From Blepharisma stoltei ATCC 30299 (Eukaryota > Protista > Ciliophora): a DNA stretch of 64,000 nucleotides. The notes beneath the pieces were generated by a model. That model did not search any database. It was not told where the DNA came from and saw only the letters and a list, made by a program, of their open reading frames with translations. The position numbers and the translations under genes were made by a program. Where the stretch lies: contig CBFDEM010000043.1 in NCBI GenBank assembly GCA_965603825.1, positions 1 to 64,000 of the forward strand, in the 5' to 3' direction. How positions within the stretch are numbered: the stretch's first letter is position 1; each line of letters opens with the position of its first letter. Shown piece after piece: positions 1 to 12,039 of the stretch.

Positions 1-3000
1 CCTAACACCCTAACACCCTAACACCCTAACACCCTAAACACCCTAACACCCTAACACCCTAACACCCTAACACCCTAACTACCCTAACACCCTAACACCC
101 TAACACCCTAACACCCTAACACCCTAAACACCCTAACACCCTAACACCCTAACACCCTAACACCCTAACACCCTAACACCCTAACACCCCTAACACCCTA
201 ACACCCTAACACCCTAACACCCTAACACCCTAACCCTAACACCCTAACACCCTAAACACCCTAACACCCTAACACCCCTAACACCCTAACACCCTAACAC
301 CCTAACACCCTAACACCCTAACACCCTAACACCCTAACACCCTAACACCCTAACACCCTAACACCCTAACACCCTAACACCCTAACACCCTAACACCCTA
401 ACACCCTAACACCCTAACAACCCCTAACACCCTAACACCCTAACACCCTAACACCCTAACACCCTAACACCCTAACACCCTAACACCCTAACACCCTAAC
501 ACCCTAACACCCTAACACCCTAACACCCTAAACACCCTAACACCCTAACACCCTAACACCCTAACACCCTAACACCCTAACACCCTAACACCCTAACACC
601 CTAACACCCTAACACCCTAACACCCTAACACCCTAACCACCCTAACCACCCTAACACCCTAACACCCTAACCTACCCTAACACCCTAACACCCTAACACC
701 CTAACACCCTAACACCCTACACCAACACCCTAACCACCCTAACACCCTAACACCCTAACACCCTAACACCCTAACACCCTAACACCCTAACACCCTAACA
801 CCCTAACACCCTACACCTAACACCCTAACACCCTAACACCCTAACACCCTAACACCCTAACACCTACCCTAACACCCTAACACCCTAACACCCTAACACC
901 CTAACACCCTAACACCCTAACACCCTAACACCCTAACACCCTAACACCCTAACACCCTAACACCCTAACACCCAAACACCCTAACACCCTAACACCCTAA
1001 CACCCTAACACCCTAACACCCTAACACCCTAACACCCTAACACCCTAACACCCTAACACCCTAAACCTACCCTAACACCCTAACACCCTAACCTAACACC
1101 CTAACACCCTACACCCTAACACCCTAACACCCTAACACCCTAACACCCTAACACCCTAACACCCTAACACCCTAACACCCTAACACCCTAACACCCTAAC
1201 ACCCTAACACCCTAACACCCTAACACCCTAACGACCCTAACACCCTAACACCCTAACACCCTAACACCCTAACACCCTAACACCCTAACACCCTAACACC
1301 CTAACACCCTAACACCCTCTAACACCCTAACACCCTAACACCCTAACACCCTAACACCCCTAACACCCTAACACCCTAACACCCTAACACCCTAACACCC
1401 TAACACCCTAACACCCTAACACCCTAACACCCTAACACCTAACACCCTAAACACCCTAACACCCTAACACCCTAACACCCTAACACCCTAACACCCTAAC
1501 ACCCTAACACCCTAACACCCTAACACCCTAACACCCTAACACCCTAACACCCTAACACCCTAACACCCTAACACCCTAACACCCTAACACCCTAACACCC
1601 TAACACCCTAACACCCTAACACCCTAACACCCTAACACCCTAACACCCTAACACCCTAACACCCTAACACCCTAACACCCTAACACCCTAACACCCTAAC
1701 ACCCTAACACCCTAACACCCTAACACCCTAACACCCTAACACCCTAACACCCTAACACCCTAACACCCTAACACCCTAACACCCTAACACCCTAACACCC
1801 TAACACCCTAACACCCTAACACCCTAACACCTAACACCCTAACACCCTACACCCTAACACCCTAACACCCAACACCCCTAACACCCTAACACCCTAACAC
1901 CCTAACACCCTAACACCCTAACACCCTAACACCCTAACACCCTAACACCCTAACACCCTAACACCCTAACACCCTAACACCCTAACACCCTAACACCCTA
2001 ACACCCCTAACACCCTAACACCCTAACACCCTAACACCCTAACACCCTAACACCCTAACACCCTAACACCCTAACACCCCTAACACCCTAACACCCTAAC
2101 ACCCTAACACCCTAACACCCTAACACCCTAACACCCTAACACCCTAACACCCTAACACCCTAACACCCTAACACCCTAACACCCTAACACCCTAACACCC
2201 TAACACCCTAACCTACACCTAACACCCTAACACCCTAACACCCTAACACCTAACACCCTAACAACACCCTAACACCCTAACACCCTAACACCCTAACACC
2301 CTAACACCCTAACACCCTAACACCCTAACACCCTAACACCCTAACACCCTAACACCCTAACACCCTAACACCTAACACCCTAACACCCTAACACCCTAAC
2401 ACCCTAACACCCTAACACCCTAACACCCTAACACCCTAACACCCTAACACCCTAACACCCTAACACCCTAACACCCTAACACCCTAACACCCTAACACCC
2501 TAACACCCTAACACCCTAACACCCTAACACCCTAACACCCTAACACCCTAACAACCCTAACACCCTAACACCCTAACACCCTAACACCCTAACACCCTAA
2601 CACCCTAACACCCTAACACCCTAACACCCTAACACCCTAACACCCTAACACCCTAACACCCTAACACCCTAACACCCTAACACCCTAACACCCTAACACC
2701 CTAACACCCTAACACCCTAACACCCTAACACCCTAACACCCTAACACCCTAACACCCTAACACCCTAACACCCTAACACCCTAACACCCTAACACCCTAA
2801 CACCCTAACACCCTAACACCCTAACACCCTAACACCCTAACACCCTAACACCCTAACCCCTAACACCCTAACACCCTAACACCCTAACACCCTAACACCC
2901 TAACACCCTAACACCCTAACACCCTAACACCCTAACACCCTAACACCCTAACACCCTAAACACCCTAACACCCTAACACCCTAACACCCTAACACCCTAA

Positions 3001-4232
3001 CACCCTAACACCCTAACACCCTAACACCCTAAACACCCTAACACCTAACACCCTAACACCCTAACACCCTAACACCCTAACACCCTAACACCCTAACACC
3101 CTAAACACCCTAACACCCTAACACCCTAACACCCTAACACCCCTAACACCCTAACACCCTAACACCCTAACACCCTAACACCCTAACACCCTAACACCCT
3201 AACACCCTAACACCCTAACACCCTACACCCTAACACCCTAACACCCTAACACCCTAACACCCTAACACCCTAACACCCTAACACCACCCTAACACCCTAA
3301 CACCCTAACACCCTAACACCCTAAACACCCTAACACCCTAACACCCTAACACCCTAACACCCTAACACCCTAACACCCTAACACCCTAACACCCTAACAC
3401 CCTAACCCTAACACCCTAACACCCTAACACCCTAACACCCTAACACCCTAACACCCTAACACCCTAACACCCTAACACCCTAACACCCTAACACCCTAAC
3501 ACCCTAACACCCTAACACCCTAACACCCTAAACCCTAACACCCTAACACCCTAACACCCTAACACCCTAACACCCTAACACCCTAACACCCCTAACACCC
3601 TAACACCCTAACACCCTAACACCCTAACACCCTAACACCCTAACACCCTAACACCCTAACACCCTAACACCCTAACACCCCTAACACCCTAACACCCTAA
3701 CACCCTAACAACCCTAACACCCTAACACCCTAACACCCTAACACCCTAACACCCTAACACCCTAACACCCTAACACCCTAAACACCCTAACACCCTAACA
3801 CCCTAACACCCTAACACCCTAACACCCTAACACCCTAACACCCTAACACCCCTAACACCCTAACACCCTAACACCCTAACACCCTAACACCCTAACACCC
3901 TAACACCCTAACACCCTAACACCCTAACACCCTAACACCCTAACACCCTACACCCTAACACCCTAACACCCTAACACCCCTAACACCCTAACACCCTAAC
4001 ACCCTAACACCCTAACACCCTAACACCCTAACACCCTAACACCCTAACACCCTAACACCCTAACACCCTAACACCCTAACACCCTAACACCCTAACACCC
4101 TAACCCTAACACCCTAACACCCTAACACCCTAACACCCTAACACCCTAACACCCTAACACCCTAACACCCTAACACCCTAACACCCTAACACCCTAACAC
4201 CCTAACACCCTAACACCCTACACCCTAACACC
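1..4232 (+). repeat. Telomeric repeat tract (CCCTAACA)n, C-rich strand, chromosome end
   Basis: About 520-530 tandem copies of CCCTAACA with scattered 1-nt indels. Abrupt switch to unique AT-rich DNA at ~4233. This octamer is the heterotrich (Blepharisma/Stentor) telomere unit. Confidence 0.98.
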
Positions 4233-4463
4233 TTTGGTTAAATAGCTGGATGAGTGTATTATGAAAAATCATTAGAAGCTATTTTAGCTTACTATCTCAA
4301 GCGAGAAACAGAAATTCCGATTAAATTCATGTTTTATTCTCAAAAAATTATAAATATTATCAATGATATATAAAAGTCTAAATTATACTCAATTTTCAAT
4401 TTTTGAAGTTTTATGTTTATCATTCATCTATCCTTGGTTCAACTATAATTTGGTGAAGTAAAA

Positions 4464-5366
4464 ATGAACTTTATCTTACTCTCTTCTTTATTTTTACTTG
4501 CAATATCAGGGCCAGCTTTTCTCCCTGATGACTCATCTCCAGTCCTAACTCAAGCAGATATCGAATTTATAAACCAGAGTCAAAATCTCTGGACTGCCTC
4601 TTTATCATGGGCTGGCCAAATGACAGTATCACAAGCAAAATCTTTGGCTAATGCTCAGATCAAGCCTCGCGAATTTCCAGAAGCCCCAGAAAGACTTTAT
4701 ATGAAGTTAAAAGCTCCTACTTCATTTGATTCCCGAACTCAATGGCCAGGATGCGTTCACCCAATTCTTCAACAGGGCAAATGTCTCGCATCCTGGGCGT
4801 TTGGCCCTACCCAAGCACTTTCTGACCGTCTATGTGTTGCATCAAAAGGCCAAATTAATATTGCCTTGTCTCCACAGTATTTAATTGATTGCGATACCTT
4901 TGACTTTGGCTGCAGAGGAGGATACCCAGATCAAGCATGGAATTTTTTGAAGACCAATGGAGCATCAACCTTGACTTGTTTACCTTATACAGACGTGGAT
5001 GGAGCTTGCCCTTCAACATGTGCCAGTGGACAAATACTCCAGCTTTACAAAACATCAACGGTAAACACTTATTCTGGAGTGACTGCAATTCAGAATGCTA
5101 TCAGCACCAACGGACCAGTTGAAAGCACAATGACTGTTTACCAGGATTTTGTAGGCTACACTGGAGGAATTTATAAGCACACTTCAGGTGGAGTCGTTGG
5201 AGGCGCATCTGTAAGAATAATCGGATGGAATAACCAAAACGGAACGAATTATTGGATTTGCGCCAATAACTGGGGAACCAGCTGGGGAATATCAGGATAT
5301 TTCTGGATTGCTTTTGGAGAGTGTGGAATTGATAATCAAGCTATTGGTGGCATTCCTAAAGTTTAA
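4464..5366 (+). CDS. Secreted cathepsin-B-like (papain C1A) homolog, predicted catalytically inactive
   Basis: Signal peptide, short propeptide, PTSFDSRTQWP, LSPQYLIDCD, GCRGG, YWICANNWG. Active-site motif reads QGKCLASWAF (Cys->Ser, TCC 4791-4793) and GGASVRIIGW (His->Ala, GCA 5205-5207). Confidence 0.93.
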   Translation: MNFILLSSLFLLAISGPAFLPDDSSPVLTQADIEFINQSQNLWTASLSWAGQMTVSQAKSLANAQIKPREFPEAPERLYMKLKAPTSFDSRTQWPGCVHPILQQGKCLASWAFGPTQALSDRLCVASKGQINIALSPQYLIDCDTFDFGCRGGYPDQAWNFLKTNGASTLTCLPYTDVDGACPSTCASGQILQLYKTSTVNTYSGVTAIQNAISTNGPVESTMTVYQDFVGYTGGIYKHTSGGVVGGASVRIIGWNNQNGTNYWICANNWGTSWGISGYFWIAFGECGIDNQAIGGIPKV

Positions 5367-5501
5367 GAATTAAATTACTTATTATATCAATTTATGCTGT
5401 TGCGTCAATATTGGCAGCTATAAGGATCAATATTAAAAATTTAATTGTTTAATTAATTACAATAAAAATAATTTTTACTTTTCTGTCAATATTAAAATAA
5501 A

Positions 5502-6404
5502 TTATGAAGTATTAATAGCTTTTTTGAGCTTCTCTTCAAAACATATCCAATTATTTTCATTATCTTTGAATTTCCCACAGACCCAACAAAATACTTTTTG
5601 CTCATTTTGATCAAAATCTTCAATTTTTCGATTTTCTGGTAACTTGCAATTTTTGCATGAAACGCATCCACAATCATGGATTACCAATTGGTCATCATAA
5701 AAAAATCTGCGGCATAAGCAGCATCTAACAGACGGCCCTCCATGCGTATGTGTAAATTCTTTTTCATTTTCATATTTTTCTGTTAGTTCTTTAAATTGAA
5801 GCTGAAGAATTTCATAGTGCTTTCTTAAGTCCACTATTTCAGTTTCAAGAGAAAGAGACTTCTCTTCGAGTCCAGAAATCACAATTAGATTTTTGGCTTT
5901 TTCAATATCCAGAACTTCTTTATAAAAGATATCATATACTAAATTATCAACCTGATCAGCTCTAAGTCTATCTCTGAATTTTTTTTCTAAAAGGCTCACT
6001 CCTTCATCGCTATTTCCATTGAGCCATTTAAATTCAGAATTTTCGTCATAGTGAGAGAACTGATCAATTTCCAATATCTGCTTTGTGTATTTAGCTATTT
6101 CTTCTATATCATTATCAATTTTTGAACAAAAAATTTCAAGCTTGCTCTCTATTTTCATAATATTTTTGTACACTTCATTAACTAAGTTACCCTTAAGAAA
6201 TCTCAGCTTTTCTATTTCTCTTTGCAAATAATTTATGGCTTCTCTTTGTGTCTGAGCATTTACTATAGTCTGTAAATTTAAAAAATGATGGGTTTTCCCA
6301 CCCAAATGAGCATTTCGATGATTTTCACACAGGTAAATCATGCACGAGCATTTTATATCTGCTTGGCATTGGCACTCTTCAATGCAGCATTTATGATAAT
6401 TCAT
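5502..6404 (-). CDS. B-box-like Zn motif + coiled coil + C-terminal C4C4 RING-like protein (paralog 1)
   Basis: N-term CxxxxC-x6-CSC..LCxxHxxxH. Helical middle. C-term C-x2-C-x13-CGC-x2-C-x2-C-x19-C-x2-C. TAA stop. Confidence 0.8.
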   Translation of the reverse strand: MNYHKCCIEECQCQADIKCSCMIYLCENHRNAHLGGKTHHFLNLQTIVNAQTQREAINYLQREIEKLRFLKGNLVNEVYKNIMKIESKLEIFCSKIDNDIEEIAKYTKQILEIDQFSHYDENSEFKWLNGNSDEGVSLLEKKFRDRLRADQVDNLVYDIFYKEVLDIEKAKNLIVISGLEEKSLSLETEIVDLRKHYEILQLQFKELTEKYENEKEFTHTHGGPSVRCCLCRRFFYDDQLVIHDCGCVSCKNCKLPENRKIEDFDQNEQKVFCWVCGKFKDNENNWICFEEKLKKAINTS

Positions 6405-6418
6405 ATTATAATTAATTA

Positions 6419-7531
6419 TTATTGACTAATTTCTTTCCAATGTTCGCCTCCTTCTCTGCGTTTTTTATTACAAACTAAGCAGAGATAGAAGTTTGTCAAG
6501 CTAAATCTTCACATTTTCTTCTCTATTTTATAAGGAGGGAAATTGCAAAATTTGCAACAAATACAGCCGCATTGATTTCGTGTCACTTGATCTTCATAGA
6601 AAAACCTTCGGCATACTCCGCATGGAATTCTTGGCCCACCTCTTTTCATAATATATTCTCTTTCATCATTAAATGCTTTCATAAGCTCTTGATATTTTCC
6701 ATCGTTATCATGTATAATTTTTCTTAGTTTTAAATTTTCCTCTTGAAGCTCTTGTATGGCTTTTCTTTTTTCTTCGTCAGATTTCTCTTTCTCAGAAGTG
6801 AGCTCTCTGAGTTTTTTATCAGCAATGTCTTTGTCTTGTTTATAAATATCACAATCCCTCCTTATTTTTGCGATGCTCACCTCTAGCTTATTGTGCTTAT
6901 TTTTTCAGTTTTCCAATAAATCCTTAGTTTCAACCAATTCTTTTATCGTACTTTTATCTTCTCTGAAATGCAACGTCTTAGCTTCATCAGGAAATAATAA
7001 AGAAGTTCTTTGAATATTTTTATTCGCAAACTTATAAATTTCATCGGTCAAAAAATCCAATGATACATCTCTTAAAGTAACTCTAGTTACCCTCTTTAGA
7101 TAATTTACCGCTTCGAGAGGTGACAAGGCTAACCATTTTAAATCATCCTCACTACTATTGATTTCATTGGCATTTCTTACTGTAGAAATATACTTTTTGT
7201 AATAATTGATATGTGAGTCCAATAAAGCAATATTGGTCATTAGGTTGTTTTCAATGGTGAGAAGCCCATTGAAAATTCTTTTCATTAAAGAATTTTTAAT
7301 GTCTTTTAGTTCCATTATCTTTGACAATAAAAACTTAATCCCATCTTCTTTGGCTTTTGGGTTCGCTTCCTCAAAAAGCTTTTGATAGTTATGTTGTCCA
7401 GGAACCTTGATTAAATGAATGCCAAGATGTTCAGCACATAGAAATACGCCGATTGGGGAGCAAGAGCATTTTACATTGGCAGTATTGCTGCAGTCTTCAG
7501 CAGAGCACTTATATAGTGAATAATTTTTCAT
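6419..7531 (-). CDS. B-box-like Zn motif + coiled coil + C4C4 RING-like protein (paralog 2, 370 aa)
   Basis: ORFs 6905-7531 and 6509-6880 are in frame, joined by UGA 6905-6907. A second UGA at 6509-6511 extends the frame to CLVC and TAA 6419-6421. Shares GGP..CxxCRRFFYxDQ..CGC with paralog 1. Confidence 0.82.
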
Positions 7532-7578
7532 ATTATGGCGAAAATATAGACTCTTACTATGTAAGATTTATTGATGTG

Positions 7579-10500
7579 TTAAAGATTGCTTATCATATTA
7601 TAGAAATACCCTCCTTGGTTCATGAGCTCTTCTCTGGTACCTATTTCGAGGATCTTTCCACTCTCCAAAACCATCACAGAATCAGCTTCCGAAATTGTTT
7701 TGAGGCGATGAGCAATCATAATGGTCGTTCTTCCAGCCATCACGTCTTTAATAGCTGAGAGAAGCAATTGCTCAGTTTTAGAGTCAAGCGCACTCGTGGC
7801 TTCATCGAAAATCAGAATCTTGGGATTCCTTATGAGAGCTCTGGCGATCGCTATTCTCTGTTTCTGCCCTCCACTTAGCATACTTCCTTTGATCCCGACC
7901 TGTCTTTCGAACCCATCTGCATACTTGGGGTCCATGATAAATTCAATCGCTTGGGCTTTCCTTGCTGCCTCTTCGATTTCTTCTAAGCTTGCCTTTATAC
8001 CGTATGAAATATTTTCTGCGATCGTTCCTGTGAAAAGCACAGGCTCTTGCCCCACAAGACCAATTTGTTTTCTTAAATGCTTCAAATTATAGCTTTTGAG
8101 ATTTATGTCATCAATTAAAACTGAGCCACTTAAAGGATCATACAAACGCATGACTAGCTGTATAACTGTTGATTTGCCTGAGCCTGTCCTGCCAATAATA
8201 GCAAAGCGTTTGCCAGGCTCCACAGTAAAATTGACTGACTTGAGAGCCATGTAGTTTCTATTTGGGTAGCAGAAAACGACATCCTTAAGCTCAATTTTGC
8301 CTTCAATTTCTTTTTTCTCTCCTTCTTTGGTGTTAACTTGTATTGAAGGCACATAATCCAAGATCTTGAAAAGTCGCTTTCCAGCCTCGATTCCATTTTT
8401 CACATCAGGAGCGAAAATTCCAGCCATAAAGATTGAGCCAGAGCCATACATGCAAATAATAATCGCAATGACCATTTCTTTGAAATCATTGTACCCGTCC
8501 ACCACAAGTTTAGAGCCGAACCAAAAAATCAGCGCATAAACACCAAAAAAGAGCCCATGTCCGAGGCCATATGTGATTCCAGAGGCCTGTGCCTTTTTCT
8601 GGATATTTTTGAACTCCATCGTGATAGGTTCCAGATACCTTTCAAGCATGACAGTTTCCAAATTGAATGCCTTTGCAGTCCTGTAGTTCATGATGGCATC
8701 AGCAGCAAGGGCAGTGCAAGACTCATAATTGAATTTGACGACACCTACAGATTGAGCCATAAAAGTGGATCCGATTGCGAAAACAATACAAGGAACAATT
8801 GAGAGAAAAACTAATGACATCCTCCAAGAGTACCCAGCAGAAACCCCGTGAGCTACTGCTAAGCCGCTTAGGACACCAACAATGATCCCAAACATATTTC
8901 CACCAAGGCCGTTGACTTTTTCACAGTCATTGCAAAGTCTCGCAGAGAGGGCACTGCAATTATTTTCTGGCAAGTCAAAGAAGGCTGCTTCATAGCTGAG
9001 GATAGCTCTGAAGCTTTCTTTCCTCATAGTAGCTGTAATATTAGCGCTCATTTTTGGGTAGCAGACACTTTCAAGGATCAAGCCGACACAAACCCAGAAG
9101 GCCAAAAAGAAAAGCCAGCCAGCATATCTTGCACTTTCGCTTACCATGTCGTCACCCTCATCAGAAAGAACAAAGATTTCATTACCTGCAAAGAACCCTA
9201 CAAGTGGATAAGAAGACCCAACTAAGCAAGAGCCAATAACTCCAAATAGTAGCCAGACTCTTTCTTTTTTAGTTATCATCATCATTTTCTTTCTGACGTT
9301 TTTGGCGTCTTCTTTTTGAACCTGCTCAGCTTCTTTGGTTTTAGTTTCGTCCATATCAGTGATTTTAGCCTTTACTTGCTCATCGTCCATACTCTGCTGC
9401 TGGATTTTCTGCATTTTGATTAAATGATAATACTTGCCTTTCTGCTTCATCAGCTGCCTATGGTTACCAAACTCAAAGACATTACCTTGGTCAATCATAA
9501 TGATAAAAGTTGAGTCTTTAATAGTAAGCAGGTTCTGAGCAATCGTAATTCTGGTGCTGTTGGGCATTGCTTTATCAATTGCTTCCACAACTTGATGCTC
9601 TGTCTGCCTATCAAGGGCACTTGTAGCTTCATCAAGCAGGAGGATTTTTGGGTTTCTGATAAAAGCCCTTGCAATTGCAATTCTTTGTTTTTGACCTCCA
9701 GAAAGCTGAGAGCCTTTTGAGCCTGTTGTGGTTTGGTACTTGTTTGGCAGAGCATCAATAAAACTATGAGCTCCAGCTTCTTGTGCTGCGAACTCAATTT
9801 CTTCTTTCGTCGCATTTTGTTTTCCATAGCGAATATTCTCATATATGCTGGTATTGAATAGTAATGGCTCTTGCGAAACCAAGCCGATATTGGCTCTTAA
9901 GAAATCTGTGGGGTAGTCCATGATATTGTTGCCATCAATTGTGATAGTCCCTGATGTTGGCTCATAATACCTCAGTAGTAGCTGAACAATTGTACTCTTG
10001 CCTGAGCCAGTGCTCCCAACAACTCCCAGGCGCTGTCCTGATTCTAGTTCAAAACTTAGGCCTTTCAGAATTTCTGAGTTAGGAGCAGAAGGATAAGCGA
10101 AGTGGACATCAGTAAAAGAAATTGCTCCCACTATTTCTTGTTTAAGAGTCCCTTGCTGGAGTTTACTTTTATTTTCTAATACATTTTTGATACTGAGAGC
10201 CGCAATTCTGCCTTGGTTGATTAGCTTAATGCTTGGAATGCACAATGAGATATTGTTGAAAGCCATCAAGGAGACCATGATAACAGTAAGGACCATTCCG
10301 ACATCATAAATTTCACCTTCGATTCAGCTTGTTTGATTACTATGGATCATATAAGCGCCGAGCATGTAATTGCAGCCATTCATGAGCATGTAAGAGCACA
10401 TTCCTAATGCGGTGCCTCCTCCTATCTTGAGACCACTAAGGAACATAGACTTTTGAGAATCAGCAACTGCGTCAAAATATTTTTTGGCTTCATGCTTTTG

Positions 10501-11226
10501 ACCGTTAAGAGAAGAGACTGTTTTAATTTCTTGTAAAGCTTCTTCAGCGATCCCACCTGCTATTTTATAAGATGAGTCTGCTTGCTTAGCACTTTGCTCC
10601 AGCCCAGAGTTCGATAAGAAAAATCCTGACACAATTGCCGGCCCAAAACACAAGCAAAACAACTGAATTTGGCATCCTCTCACAAGGCCAATGATGAAAG
10701 CAGCGAAAATCATGCTTATTGTGAAGATTAAAACTACAACTTTGTCGCCAGTTGCCCTCTCAATGCTCAAGGTTTCGGTTGTTACGGATTGAGGAAGTTC
10801 TGCGACTTGCCTTAAATCAAACCAGCCAGGGTCACAGCCCATAATAGCCTTAAAGTAATGGATTCTATATTGATAAGATTGCCTTGCACCGACATTGACA
10901 AAAGAACTTACAGCTAAGTATCCACAGCACATGAAGACAAAGCCACTCGCAGTAAGTTCATATGCTACTACTTTAGCCTTATCATAAAACTCATTTGCTG
11001 TGGTTCCTGGGCCCATAGAGCCAAAAAAGTCTCCCATAAAATAAAAAAAGAGAGGCTGCAGAGCTCCCATGCCCATCGATGCACATACCCCGACGAAAAT
11101 TAAAAAATAATCATATTTGGTGGCATATTTGTAGAGATCTTTAAGAGAAGCTTTGGGCTTATCCTTCAAATTCTCTCTTGTACTTTGAGTCTCAAAAGGT
11201 TTTTCTTCGTCTTCCTCAACTTTCAT
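7579..11226 (-). CDS. Full-size ABCB/MDR-type ABC transporter (1215 aa)
   Basis: TMD-NBD-TMD-NBD. Walker A GSTGSGKST/GRTGSGKST, LSGGQKQRIAIARA twice, DEATSALD twice. The two ORFs join via UGA 10324-10326. Confidence 0.96.
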
Positions 11227-12039
11227 TATATTGGTGGAATTTTTGTGATCTGTGAATAAATATGAAATTCGATTGATGACGAAGGCAGAAATATGAGAGA
11301 ATTAATTTAAAACAAAAAAGGCATGCAATTGAGTAGAAGGATTTTATATTTTTCTAAATATTTGGGCAAAATCTAAGAAAGAAATCAATATTAGAAAAGA
11401 TGTGAAGGTCTCTATGATAAGAATCCTTTTAAATAGAATTTTGTGATTTTTTCTCTTTTAATTTTATAGTTCTAGAAATGGCCTAATTTTTAGCCTAAAT
11501 AAGCAAAAATATAACTCATTAAATTTTACAGATAGCCTTTAGATACAAATTTGCTGTCAAATTGTCGGCTCGCTAGTTAAAATCTATCGAATATCAATAC
11601 AACTAAGGAAATTCAACGTTGCCACTTAAATTATTCATTTGATTTTTGTTCCTCGCTAATCACTATGCTGGCAGCACATTTTGATTAGAGGCCACCTATA
11701 AAAGTGTATGATTGATAAATAATTATAATAAATATGGAAGAATAGAGGCAGCAATTTATTAAATTTTAAAAGAGATTTAAATAAAGTTAAGTTTGATTCG
11801 ATGATATTTGAATATTAATGCGACTTTGATTTAAAAATTAATGATAGTTTGCTCCTTGCTTAAATAAAGAGTAATTCCCCCATTTTTTACTTTCTATTGA
11901 TTGCTTCAAACAGTCCTTCGCTTCAATTAAACCCATTCAAAGTGGATTTGATCCGGAATTATGAATGCTAATACGAAAACTCCTCCTTTGTTGGCCAAAA
12001 ATTCTTTCTCGTGACCAAGGGGGAGCAAGAGAGGTTTTC

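Noticed and set aside
1-4232. CRISPR array or meaningful variant telomere repeats
   Set aside because: No spacers. Deviations are sporadic single-base indels without pattern, typical of long-read error or telomerase slippage.
7453-9842. Short antisense or alternate-frame ORFs over the ABC gene (likewise over the ATPase, WD40-channel and MCM6 genes)
   Set aside because: Shadow ORFs of long coding regions with no motifs; many begin at TTG/GTG.
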